DNA of 64,000 nucleotides from contig OZ024743.1 of the NCBI GenBank assembly GCA_964016885.1, forward strand, positions 192,076,001 to 192,140,000. Direction: 5' to 3'. The notes under the pieces are model-generated. The model saw only the letters and a program-made list of their open reading frames with translations, did not search any database and had not been told where the DNA came from. This stretch comes from Eledone cirrhosa. Its lineage: Eukaryota. Position 1 is the stretch's first letter; each line of letters starts with the position of its first letter. The translations under genes were made by a program, and so were the position numbers. This document shows positions 40,601-52,464 of the stretch, one piece after another.

Positions 40601-43280
40601 TAGTTTGTGATCTGAATAGGCAACCATGAACATTTGTGGACAGCTTAACATGTCCTTATCCTTATTTCTAACTAGAACCCTATCTAGGTACGATCTAGAT
40701 GTTCCGCTGCGATTAGTCCACGTCCACAGTGGTACAGGTCGGAAAATCTAGTCGATATCTATCGGCCAGTTCAAATCGGCCGATTAACTGTTTGAGGCTG
40801 TTACACCCCCCCCCCCCTTATCGGGACATGCTCCTACATAGTCCCAACGTGCATCTAGGATTCCATTCCAGTCCCCCACTAAAAGCAAGGAGCGGGACGT
40901 TCCCAGAAAAGTCTCTAGACGTTTGAAGAAGTCTGGCCGCGATGTCCCGTCAACGTCTAGGACCACCAGTCGACCCTCCGGGTCCAGATGTGCCGTCTGC
41001 GTTATGAGGTCCAGGTGTTTCCGCAGCAAAATGGCAACCCCGCCCCCACCTCCCGGCTGACAGAGAGATGCGTAGATCTCAAAGTCGTTGAAGATGGGGG
41101 CCAGATGTCACTCGCTGTGGATCCTGGACTCGCAAACGGCTTCTACATCCATACTGTGTGAACTGAGGTCGTTTAAGAGTTTGCCCTGTTTCCAGGGCAT
41201 CCCCAGGCCGCGTACGTTCACACATCCAACTCTTATATTGGCCAAGTTGGTGCTGAAAAGTTAAAAGAAGAGGAAAAGAAATCACTCACCCTTCGTCTCC
41301 TGGGGACCAGGCTACAAGATTTCCATGGGGGTGTTGGAGGGGTTGTCTGGGTGGGTGGTGGTTTCCGGCGGGGTGGAGACGGAGATGTTTGGTGGGAAGG
41401 GTGTGTCTGGGGTGGGGAGACATTTGAGAAGGACGCGGTTAAGTGGTTTCACGCAGGAATTCCCCACATCCTTTTCAAATGTTTCTTTTAGGGACCTATA
41501 AGTTTGTATAGGGACCCTAATCAGTTTTAGGTTCAGTTTTTTGTTATTTTTAATAGAGTTATTTTTAATAGGGTTCTTCATGATGGTCTCCATTAGTGTT
41601 TTGTTTTCAGTGTTTATGTATGTGTAAGTGTAATTTTCTTGTGTTGTATTTGTTTTTGTCTGTAGTTCTTGTGTGCTTTCGTTTTGTTGTAAGTATTTTG
41701 TTTTCAGGAGGTGGGGGTTTTGTTTGTGATGTTTTTGTTGTTTGTGTTGGTGGTTGTATGTTTGTGGTAGTGTTTGCTTGTTTTTTGTTTTTATGGTGTC
41801 TTTTCTTTCTTTTCGAGCGATGGGGTTCTCCCTCGTCTTCACTGGGTGATGACGAGATAGCCTCATCTGTTGTATCGTCTGTGTGATTGGTGAGGGGTAT
41901 GTCTTGGGGAGCTGTTGTGTCTGTATGTGATTTTGCAGTGGTTTTAGGTGGAGTGGGGTTGGGTGGGACTGTGTTTACAGTTTGGTTTGTTTTTGTTATT
42001 TTTGTGTGTTGTTGCTGTTGTGGTGGTGGTGGTTGTGTTGTTGTGTTGGGTGTCGGCAGTAGTGCCTTTTTTTTTAATCCAGTTGAGGACAGGAAGCCCT
42101 CAGGTGATCACTGCTTAAACACTGGTAACATGAAGGCCACCTACCCTCAACAGAAATGTTTATGTAGGAATTTCCATCCAGAGGCACACGTTGTGGTATT
42201 CTAGCTATCTGTTCTGGTCTCATTTGGACCAGAACTTCTAAGCTTGTACCGTTGAATATGCCTCTGGAGGACTTTCCCACCGAAATTACTGTATCTTCAT
42301 CAAAATTGATGAAACCAGCTAATATCCACCAGATGTTTACATTTGGTGTGAAATTTGTTACTTTTATATTTTGAGTCATTTTTCCCATATATGTGGGGGA
42401 AAAATGTGTAGACACAATTTGCGACACAGAATATTTCTGTGCTGTCAATTGGTCTTTCATTATTATTGATAAACTCCCGAAGAGTTTTCCCTTCTGTATG
42501 AAGGTAATGTCCTTCATGGAGTTTCTTAGAACCAGCTCAATTTCGTTTTGAGTTAATTGAGCTGGTTTTCTGGTGGTATTTGAGATTGTCCTAAAAACTA
42601 TAGTTTTCAGGACAGTATCTCTACGCAATTCTTGCGGAAAAGTGATGCTAAAAGCGCCATTCTCCCCAACAGTTATATATTGCTTGGCATCTCTTAGCAA
42701 TTCTCCGGCATTATAGTTGTGTATATAGTTCTGTCTTTTGGACAGTTTGTGCAAACGAAACCTTTTTTTCCTTGTTTGTGGAGTTGTTCTTGTTGGTGTT
42801 GTTGTCATTACTGTTGCTGCTGTTGGTGTTGTTGTCATCATGTTTGCTGTTGTTATTGTTATCATTGTTGTCGTTTTTGTAGTTCTAAATTGCTTGATTT
42901 GTGGTTCTGGAATTCATTTGTGAAGTTGTGTTTTTCTTTTGTTCAATATTTTTTTTGTGCCGTATGTGTTTCCATACTTTTGTTTTGGTGTGATTTATCT
43001 CGGTCACTACCTGTTGCCATGGTGACATTCATTTCAACGCTCCCATTTCCATTTTTGGCGGGAAGCATTTTAATGTTAACATTCATAGATAAACAAGTTG
43101 TTATAAATTTTTATATGAAAATTTTTATGAAAATTTCAATGAACCGCTCACTGACAATTTAGTCAGAGGGTCAATCTATATAGTGGTATATTTTTTTAAA
43201 ACAATAATTTTTGTTTTTTATAAATAAAAGACAAAAACTTACCAACGTGACTGGCACACAACTTCCTCTATTTCAGACAG
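37676..43280 (-). mobile_element. Near full-length Tx1/L1-clade non-LTR retrotransposon (ORF1 zinc knuckle; ORF2 APE-RT-zf), disrupted
   Basis: ORF1 42074-42865 with CYQCLSSDHLRASC. ORF2 pieces IRVGCVNVRGL, VGDWNGIL, YSDHKLV, GPGYWKLN, FRPITLLN, LDQCKAFDRV, YADDVT, GGLGMP and a C-terminal Cys/His motif. AATAAA then (ATCT)n at the 3' end. Confidence 0.9.
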
Positions 43281-44091
43281 ATAGATAGATTAATAGATAG
43301 ATAGATAAATAGATAGACAGATCAGGATTAACAGTTTTAACCTAGCAAGACCATTATTCAGCAGAGAACTTAATACGGGATAGTAGAGTGTATATTATCT
43401 AAGAGAGTCTGGGCCCTGAGTTTGGAATTTGCTGTTGAAATGGCAAGAGCTCAGGCATCGGGCCCCAACTCTCTGATATATATACGCAAACTTCCATATG
43501 GTTCCTGAAATTCGTCAACATTACACCTGATATGCGATGTCTTCATATTTTGCTGTTGTTCCTATCTATTTGTTGCTGTACCGATAAGCGTTTTGGCATT
43601 GATACACTGGTTGGATGCTCTTCCTAACACCAGCACCACTTTACAGCATGGACTGGGTGCTTTTATTTGTGCCACCAGCACTAGAGAGGATGTCTTACTA
43701 GACTCAAGGGCCCTCTCTACCCCTCCATTTTATACCATGGTCATAGAAAAAATTATTTTAAATAAAAAAAACCCACTTATTGACACGACACGCACACACA
43801 CACACCAACACTCATGCAAACAAACACACACACCACTCACATACATACATATATATAGAGAGAATTAGTACATCTACCAACATATGCGTACAGATGTACA
43901 CTAATGCTAGCAAATATATAAGTTATGTCAAAGTACCTAGGTGGTTCTATGCAGGATCAAAATCATGTCAACTGTTGACTTTTCCCAGTTCAGTTCAGTT
44001 TTTATATAATAATAATAATAATTGTTTGCTTTACGCTGGTGATGGTGGTGGCGAATGGTGGTGGTGATGCTGGTGGATGTGTCAGTGATGG

Positions 44092-44125
<34 letters not shown>

Positions 44126-44333
44126 AGTGTGTGTATACAATATGATGTTATGGATCGATACAATAATATAATGAATCAGGCATTATATAATGTCTGAAAG
44201 CAAACACTCATTAATTTGCTCAATAATTACAGGGATAAATTCTGAATTAGAGCTTAGTCATTTAGATAAAGTAGTGAAGTGATAATACCCAAAGAAAGAA
44301 GACCAGATAGAATTAATATTGAACACATTAAAA

Positions 44334-44346
44334 TTATATATATATG

Positions 44347-44384
<38 letters not shown>

Positions 44385-44438
44385 TATATACATATGTGTG
44401 TGTGTATGTGTATATATATATATATGTATGTTTGTGTG

Positions 44439-44499
<61 letters not shown>

Positions 44500-44502
44500 G
44501 TG

Positions 44503-44549
<47 letters not shown>

Positions 44550-44643
44550 GTGTGTATATGTATACCCCCCACTCTCAAGAGCGTGAAACTAATAAACCTT
44601 TGTTCGTACTGCCTCTCTGTTTTGTTCCTGTTCGATTTTACAC

Positions 44644-44678
<35 letters not shown>

Positions 44679-44895
44679 ATATATATATATATCATCATCA
44701 TCATTTCATTTTACGTTCGCTGGAACTGATTCTGGCTTGATTTCTACAGCTGGATGCCATTCCTAACACCAACCTCACTGTAAATGAGGTTGGTGTTAGG
44801 AAGGGCATCCAGCTGTAGAAATCAAGCCAGAATCAGTTCCCGTCCCACCCTTGCAAGCAGGGAAAATGGACGTTAATTGAAATGATGATGAAATG

Positions 44896-44992
<97 letters not shown>
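44334..44992. repeat. (TA)n/(TG)n microsatellite cluster with embedded RTE/SINE tail fragments
   Basis: Direct inspection. Confidence 0.92.
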
Positions 44993-44994
<2 letters not shown>

Positions 44995-45337
44995 CACATG
45001 GCTTAGTGGTTAGAGCATTGGCCTTGCAATCAAAAGGTTGTGAGTTCAATTCTCAGACCGGGTGATGCGTTGTGTCCCTGAGCAAGACACTTTATTTCAC
45101 ATTGCTCCAGTTTATTCAGCTGTAGAAATGAGATGATAGGGACTGGGGTCCATATCATTCCACTGCAAAGTGGTCGTGGAGGTGCCACGGCAAAAAAAGC
45201 ACCCAGCACTCTCTGTAAATGAGGTTGGTGTTAGGGAGGGCATCCAGCTGTAGAAATCAAGCCAACATCAGTTCCCGTCCCACCCTTGCAAGCAGGGAAA
45301 AGCAGACGTAAAATGATGATGATGATGATGATGATGA
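44993..45337 (+). mobile_element. tRNA-derived SINE, same family as 9852-10200
   Basis: Near identical to 9852-10200, inserted after (TA)n. Confidence 0.85.
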
Positions 45338-45442
45338 TATACACATATATATACAGAGAGAGAGAGAGTTCACAAATACCTATCTGGATAAGTGCATACG
45401 TTAATAGCACGGTCTTTCAAAAGAGTAAGTTCTGCTTTATAA

Positions 45443-45480
<38 letters not shown>

Positions 45481-45487
45481 GTATAAC

Positions 45488-45525
<38 letters not shown>

Positions 45526-45528
45526 AAC

Positions 45529-45574
<46 letters not shown>

Positions 45575-45926
45575 CTTTCTGCTACAATTCTTCAAACATA
45601 CCTCAATCATTAAATAGCCATTTACTTACTGTGTGAGGTTAAGTAAAGTTCAATAAAACTAACAATATTATAATGTAATGCAATAAGTTAGGTTCTGGGT
45701 TGAACTACCTCAGTAATTAGTATGGTTTTCTTATGCATCAATTATTGCTTTCACTCTATCAGGCATTGATTCAGTAAGTGTGTTGGGGAATTATTTCCAG
45801 TCAGAAGCCATTCTACTATAATTGACAGGTTGTTACAAAATCTCTTTCGACAGGTAATTTTATATGTATGTGTGTGTGTGTGTGTGTGCGTACATTTACA
45901 TATATATAAATGTGTATACACATATA

Positions 45927-46027
45927 CAGGGTGTCCCCCAAAAAGGTATACACACTTTGATTCCCTGTACAGGCAATATTTATTAGAATGCTGTTGAAGT
46001 GTGTATACATTTTGGGGGGACACCCTG
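45927..46027. mobile_element. Tc1/mariner-type 101-bp MITE
   Basis: TIR CAGGGTGTCCCCCAAAA / TTTTGGGGGACACCCTG flanked by TA on both sides. Confidence 0.78.
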
Positions 46028-46153
46028 TATAGACACACACACATACATATATATATGTGTGTGTGTGTGTACTGGACATTACTATATATATATATATATA
46101 TATATAAGGGTGAAAGCAGCGATTCTTTGCTTAAACTTTAATCTGTTATTTTA

Positions 46154-46223
<70 letters not shown>

Positions 46224-46526
46224 GTGTACACACATATGTGTGTGTGTGTGTGTTATCTGTTTGTTTTTCTCATCTACTTTACCAATCTTCCTATAAATGT
46301 TCTATTGAGTAGAGGTCTGAAGAGAATGAACTATTATGGATGATAATGAAATGCACCATGACATTCTGTTGTTGTTAAACTGTTATCTATAGATACTTTG
46401 TATTAATAAAGGCTGGGAAGGTCAACCTTGAAATTCAAGAGATGACAGGAAAAGATTTTTTATTCATAATGATATGAGAAGATTTCCCAAGGATGTTCTT
46501 TGTGAAGTGGGTGCTAACATACTTAA

Positions 46527-46748
46527 CCCTTTAGCATTTAAACCAGCCATATCCGGCCAGAATTCTCACACCTCCTTCTGTTCAAACCAGCTGTAACCGG
46601 CTGCTTATACTGATGTTAAGTTATTGTTCCCAAAATAAATAATAGAAAATCTCATAGATTTGATATTATGTGAGATAATTATGTGAGGTAAAGCCTATAC
46701 CATGAAAATACAATAGTATATATATAGAGTAATGTAAATGTTAATGGG
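46527..46748. mobile_element. piggyBac-type MITE (related copies 10255-10458, 11529-11749, partial near 48730-48860)
   Basis: TIR CCCTTTAGCATTTA / TAAATGCTAAAGGG with TTAA flanks. About 200-220 bp, with shared internal sequence among copies. Confidence 0.78.
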
Positions 46749-48118
46749 TTAATAATGTAGTGAGCCAAAAATTAAATTTGATTCATTAAAATTACACCCA
46801 TAATGAAAATGTATAGATGCATATGTGTACATACACACATACATGCACATCTATATGGAGGAATATACATACAACATACAAGATATGATAATGATAGTAA
46901 TGTCCAGTACTTGCTAAAACAACAATATCTCTAGGTTCATCTATCAATATTTCTAGACTTTACTAAAACTTATCTTCTGCATGAAATAGTTATTAGGGCT
47001 ACTGGTGGTATTTATTATTGACACTGTATTGTCAATTGTGTGTGTGTGTGTGTGTGTTTGGTTATGTGTGTGAGTGTGTGTGGTTGTGTGCATACATACC
47101 TGGAGGTTCACAGTTATTAGTTTCTACCATAGCCACACAATGTATCTCAAATCGAAATGCACATGCATCAGACAAAATATATCAAGTGCCTGGCAGTAAG
47201 CATTTGGGTATGTATCGTTAATTGTTTATTTTAATGAGTTAAATAGATTGAAGCTTAAAATATCTATACATTATAGTTATAATGGTAATAAAACATTATT
47301 TTTTTGCTATTTACAATGAGTTCTTTATAAATTCTTTACACCAATACATTTTTAAACAGATTCATTTATGGCGCAAAATGTTATTGGTAAATGACAATCA
47401 ATGTTTACAACTTGATGTATCCTAACTTAGTTCCAGTTGTCATATCATGTCGCAAACATTGATTGCTTTTTAAATAGATGTGAAGTGTTAGTTCTACCAA
47501 TGGTCTTTGTGGCTGAGTGGTATGAACCACAGGAATGGGAAACAAGACCACACACTGGAGGAGAAAAAACGCAGCAGGAGAACACCTAGGAGTCATGACC
47601 TAAGTGGGCTAGGCTCCCTTACAGTGTTAGGGGGACTCAAAGGCTGAAAAACTTGCTTGATGAGTGTTCTTTCTCTGAAGATCCACCTGTTGTCTGCTCA
47701 CCCCCATCACGAGTTTCTGCCTACAATAAGTGCCTGGCTGTAACCATTTGGATATGTATAATTAGTTGTTTATTTTAATATATTTAAGCTTGAAATATCT
47801 ATAATCAAATAAAGACATTATTTTTGCCATTTTCAATGAGTTCTTTATAAATTCTTTACACTAATACATTTTTAAGCAGATTTATTCATAGAGGAGGAGG
47901 AGGAGGAGGAGGAGGAGGAGGAGGAAATGAAGTGCAGTGATGCTTTAGTTCTATACACATACAATCAACAAAGTAAATGAACAATAACAATAAAATGAAT
48001 CAAAACTTTCACTGGTTTGGTTTTGGTCATTTGACTAGTCTGCGATGATACAGAGGCAGTGTCTTAAAAAGTTTTGGCAACCATCTCAATGACAACACTT
48101 ATTTTAATTTATTACTTA

Positions 48119-49392
48119 CTAGCAGAATGGCCCGGCGTTACTCGGGATTTGCTCTACGGTTCTTATATATTTGATATATATTTATCCTTATTGAGCCTCG
48201 TGAAATAAATACGTTTATTTATATTTTGTTATTGTGTATGCAAAATATCTGTACACAGATATATAATTATATATATATATATCTATATATCTAAAACAGA
48301 GAATGTCTGTCTGCCTGTCAGCTCACTAAAACTTGAGAACCACCCAACCGATTGTTTTCAAACTTTACACGTGTAACACTTATGGTCCTGTGAGTGTTTT
48401 GAGCAAAAAATATTTCAAATTTTCAATGCCCTAGGGACCGCATTAAGCGATTTAGCGATCTCTCTCTATAATTCTTAGTCTTTCTTTTTAGATAGATACA
48501 TAGATATAACGTTGCGCCCTTATAATATATGTCTGTATGTCTGTCTGTCTGCATTACGTCATTATGACGCGATCAGTGTGTGTATAGATATGTATCGTAA
48601 TGCAGACAGCAAGACATATAGCTTTCCTTCCCCTCTTCCAGCGTCTCTCTCTCTCCCGCTATCCCCCTCTTTTAGTCTGTCTGTTTCTTTCACTCTCACT
48701 CTTTCTCTTTATAACTCACTCACATTAATACTAAAGGGTTAAGGTATTGTTCTCAAAATAAATAATATTAAATCTGAGATTTTTATATTATGTGAGATAA
48801 AGCCTTTACCATGAAAATAATATCGTATATATAGAGTAATGTAAATGCTAAAGAGTTAATTCCATCAGACCATGTGAGAGAGTTTATAATCACTCACATA
48901 CACACTCACACATGCAAACGCACACAAACTCACACATGTGCGCACGTACACACACACGCAATAGTTATTCCACTGTCATGTATCTTTGACGCATACAACT
49001 CTCAAAAGACGGTGTCTGTCACTCTCTCTCTCTCTCCTGCTATCCCCCTCTTTTAGTCTGTCTGTTTCTTTCACTCTCACTCTTTCTCTCTGTAACTCTA
49101 TCGAAAAATGCTATGACGAATGGGGAGAAGGAGGAGGAGGAGTAGAGAACCACTTCTTCACTTCGCCTCTCCGTTTCTTTCTCTCCCCTCTCACTCCCTC
49201 ATTATGTACAGACATTGGCCACTTCACTAATTCGATCCCTAGGTCAGAATAATTTGAAATTTTTTTTTGCTCAAAACACTTCCGGGGTCAAACAGGTTAC
49301 ATGTGTAAAGTTTGAAAAAAAACGGTTGGGTACTTCTCGAGTTTTAGGGAAACAGACACACAGACAGACATCCTCTGTTTTATATATATAGA
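48119..49392 (-). mobile_element. Non-autonomous Helitron
   Basis: The minus strand begins A^TCTATATATATAAAA with (CTGT)-like repeats and ends with hairpin cccgagtaacgccggg + CTAG^T. A/T insertion site, no TSD. Confidence 0.78.
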
Positions 49393-49700
49393 TTATCAAT
49401 ATCCATTTGCCAAACTACTACATTATGGGGTAAAAGCAGGAATACACACACACAAACACTGCATATAAAAGTGTTTCAAATAATATATTTATGCAAAGTT
49501 GCAATTATTATTTTCCAAGAAAATAGGGGTTGATAGAATAAAGTACCAGTAATGCATTGAGTAATTGCTGGCCTTGTGCCAAAAGTAGAAACAATTATTT
49601 TCCAAGAAATTATTTACTGATTGAGTCACTTGTTTCCTGTTCAATGCTGGGAACTACTGCTAGTATATATATATATGTACATAATAGACTTAGAATTAAT

Positions 49701-49750
49701 GCGATCGTCCTGACGAGAACCAGTTGAGTTTGAAATGCATCAACGATTGT
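49701..49750 (+). ncRNA. Hammerhead ribozyme (first of two tandem copies)
   Basis: gcgatcgtc CTGACGA gaac-cagttga-gttt GAAA tgca TC^aacgattgt. Palindromic stem III ATGCAT. The first stem I pair is a C/A mismatch. Confidence 0.7.
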
Positions 49751-50043
49751 CCCCTTAGCTTCTGCCAGGCACCGCCTTGTGGCATTAGCTGCCAGTGTTA
49801 TTCATAGTTATGGCTTTCTAAATGTTTATTTATAAACATACCGTATTTTTTTAGAAATACAAAATACAAATACATATTTGTGTACATCTATGTTCGAAGC
49901 TAAATTCTAATTCTTTTCTATTATAAGTTGAGCCAACTTATACAGCTTCATATGCAAATGAGATAAATCACCTCATTTACATAGACAAAAAATATATATA
50001 TTTTTGCCTGTTTTCAAAGTCCAGCAGTTACAAGAGTGGGAGA

Positions 50044-50091
50044 GATCATCCTGACGAGAGCCAGTTGAGTTTGAAATGCATCAATGATTGT
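50044..50091 (+). ncRNA. Hammerhead ribozyme (second tandem copy, 341 bp downstream)
   Basis: gatcatc CTGACGA gagc-cagttga-gttt GAAA tgca TC^aatgattgt. Stem I atcat/atgat versus atcgt/acgat in the first copy. Confidence 0.7.
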
Positions 50092-50739
50092 CCCCCTTGC
50101 TTCTGCCGTGCACCGCCTGGTGGTGCTAGCAGCCAGTGTTATTCATAGCTATGGCTCTCTAAATGTTTATTTATAAACATACCGTATTTATTTAGAAATA
50201 CAAAATTCAAATACATATATAGATATATATATAGGTTAATAGGTCGGTAACTTGTAGTTACTAGCGGCGACACTGGTCGAAGCACTTTATGCTGTTACTG
50301 TGTCCGTCCCTCGTTAGGTTGTGCTCCAGGTTTAAGATGGCTGTAGTTTGCAGAGTGTAATAAAGTGACAATAAGAATTGCAGCTTTTTGTAAACTTTAT
50401 AATATATTAGAATTTGTTTCCATATCGATCAGCTCAGGTTTGATCATGCGATCGGAATCCGACTCTTAATTAACACTTCTTCAGATAGGAGAGTTTACAT
50501 GGGTGGTCCCATCAAAATTGTGGACATATGTCCCGTATTCGATTTATATATATGTTATTAGTTTATGGTGGTTGGATGGGAGTGGGTTGATGGTGAATAG
50601 TGGTTTTCAATGCAACAGAGGTGATGAATTGTAAAGAATTAGCAAACCATAGTATGGTTTTCTAATTTGTTGTGAAACCCTCTCTCTCTCTCTACATATA
50701 TATATACTAGAAAATATGTTCTGACTATGGAAGCAGAAT

Positions 50740-51600
50740 TTTTAATCAAAAGGTCTGAGAGTAAACGTAGCCAAAACTAAAGTGCTAGTAAGTAGGAAAG
50801 AAGCTAAGTGGCCCTACTCCATATGGTGTACAGAATGTAAATCTTAGGTACACAAGAGATGTAGTGGAATAATGAGTAGACTAACAAGAAGGGAGAACTT
50901 TGCATGTAGATGATGCACAGGAGTAATCAAAAGGAAGAGTGGCAGTAATATAAACCTCTTCAAGTCACAGGAAGGGTCCATAGAAGTGATTGACAGCTTC
51001 TGCTATCTAGGTGACTTAATCAGTAGTGGAGGAGAGGGTGCTCTGGGAGCATAAGAGCTACAATAAGGATAGGCTGGAATAAGTTTAGAGAGATATTCCC
51101 ACTGTTGACAACAAAAGGTTTCTTGCTACATAAAAAAAGACAACTGCATGATGCCTGTGTGCAAATTGCAATGCTGCATGGTGGTGAAACATGGGCAGTG
51201 ACCGTAGAAGACATGCAAAGAATGGAGAGAAATGAAGCAGCCATGCTTCATTGGATGTGCAATGTAAGTTTGAGAGAAAGGCAGAGCTTGGATGAACTGA
51301 GGGAGAAATGGGTTGAAGAAGAATCCGAGGTGGCGTGCAAGAGAGAAGACTCCATTAATAAAGACATGAAAAACCCATGAATGATGACCAATGGGTGAAG
51401 AAGTGCTAGGAAATTCCAGTGGAAGGAAGTTGGAGTAGAGGTAGACCAAGAAAGACCTGAGCAGAGGTGGTGAGAGCTGACCTTAAATCACTGAAGATGT
51501 CAAAGAAACACAGTGAGTGGGGAGATGCTGTGCTGGAAAAAACCTGTAAAACCCATGCAAACACAGAAAAGCAGACATAAAAATGATGTTGATAATGACA
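50740..51600 (+). mobile_element. Decayed RTE family A-like 3' fragment
   Basis: DACVQIAMLHGGETW..MERNEAAMLHWMCN, with stops and frameshifts. Confidence 0.8.
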
Positions 51601-51807
51601 ATGATCTATATAAAGCAAGACTAAAACAATATATAACTCAATCTGTATATAGAGAGTTCTATATAAGAGCATATAATTTCCAAATATTTTCAGAGTGAGA
51701 TCAATGTGTTTATGCAATATTGGTTGATAGAATAAGAAATGTTTTAAGGAAAAAGGTGTGGAATGAAAGAGGTAAACCGAGAGCATATATAAGGAAATAG
51801 AAAGATG

Positions 51808-52119
51808 GAATCGAAATTCTACATAGGTTTAATGCTTTACATATATTTCAAGTGTGATATAATCATTACACATTTAGTTACAAATAGGATCTTACAAGTA
51901 ACTTGTGTGAGTGAAAACAATTTTTATACTTCACTACCCTCAGAAGCAGTTTAAACAAAAGTAAATATTACAAATACAGATTAAAGTCAATCGCCACATG
52001 GCATACAGTATTTGTAATGTTTACTTTCGTTTAAACTGCTTCTGCAAGATCCTATTTGTAATGATTATATCACACTTGAAACATATCTAAAACATTAAAC
52101 TTTTGTAGATTTTCGATTC
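51808..52119. repeat. Diverged palindrome with deletions in the right arm
   Basis: ttcaagtgtgatataatcattaca / tgtaatgattatatcacacttgaa and cagaagcagtttaaac / gtttaaactgcttctg, 30-bp spacer. Confidence 0.8.
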
Positions 52120-52151
52120 TAGCTTTCTATTTGCTTATATATATATATATA

Positions 52152-52209
<58 letters not shown>

Positions 52210-52409
52210 TATGTACACGTACATACATATATGTATACCGACGTACAGTAGTATGTATATATATATATACATACATGCACACATATATATATGCACGTAT
52301 GGATTCACCGAACATTTATTATAATGCTCGGTGTGTTTGTAAACAAACATCCCGTATTAAGCCGTAGTGTCTAGCAACCACCGTTGCTCGTTTGTTCAAC
52401 ACTGACAAA

Positions 52410-52464
52410 GGAACGCTGTACTAGTTTCAAGCTTGTTAGCTATCGTCAGCAACGTATACCTTCC
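52410..52464 (-). ncRNA. Type I hammerhead ribozyme (first of 3 minus-strand copies; also 52832-52886 and 53254-53308)
   Basis: Exact reverse complement of the motif at 53603-53657. Confidence 0.9.

Noticed and set aside
44319-44999. ORFs rich in YI/CV/HT dipeptides (also at 1.3, 13.8, 31, 52 and 57 kb)
   Set aside because: These are translations of (TA)n/(TG)n microsatellites.
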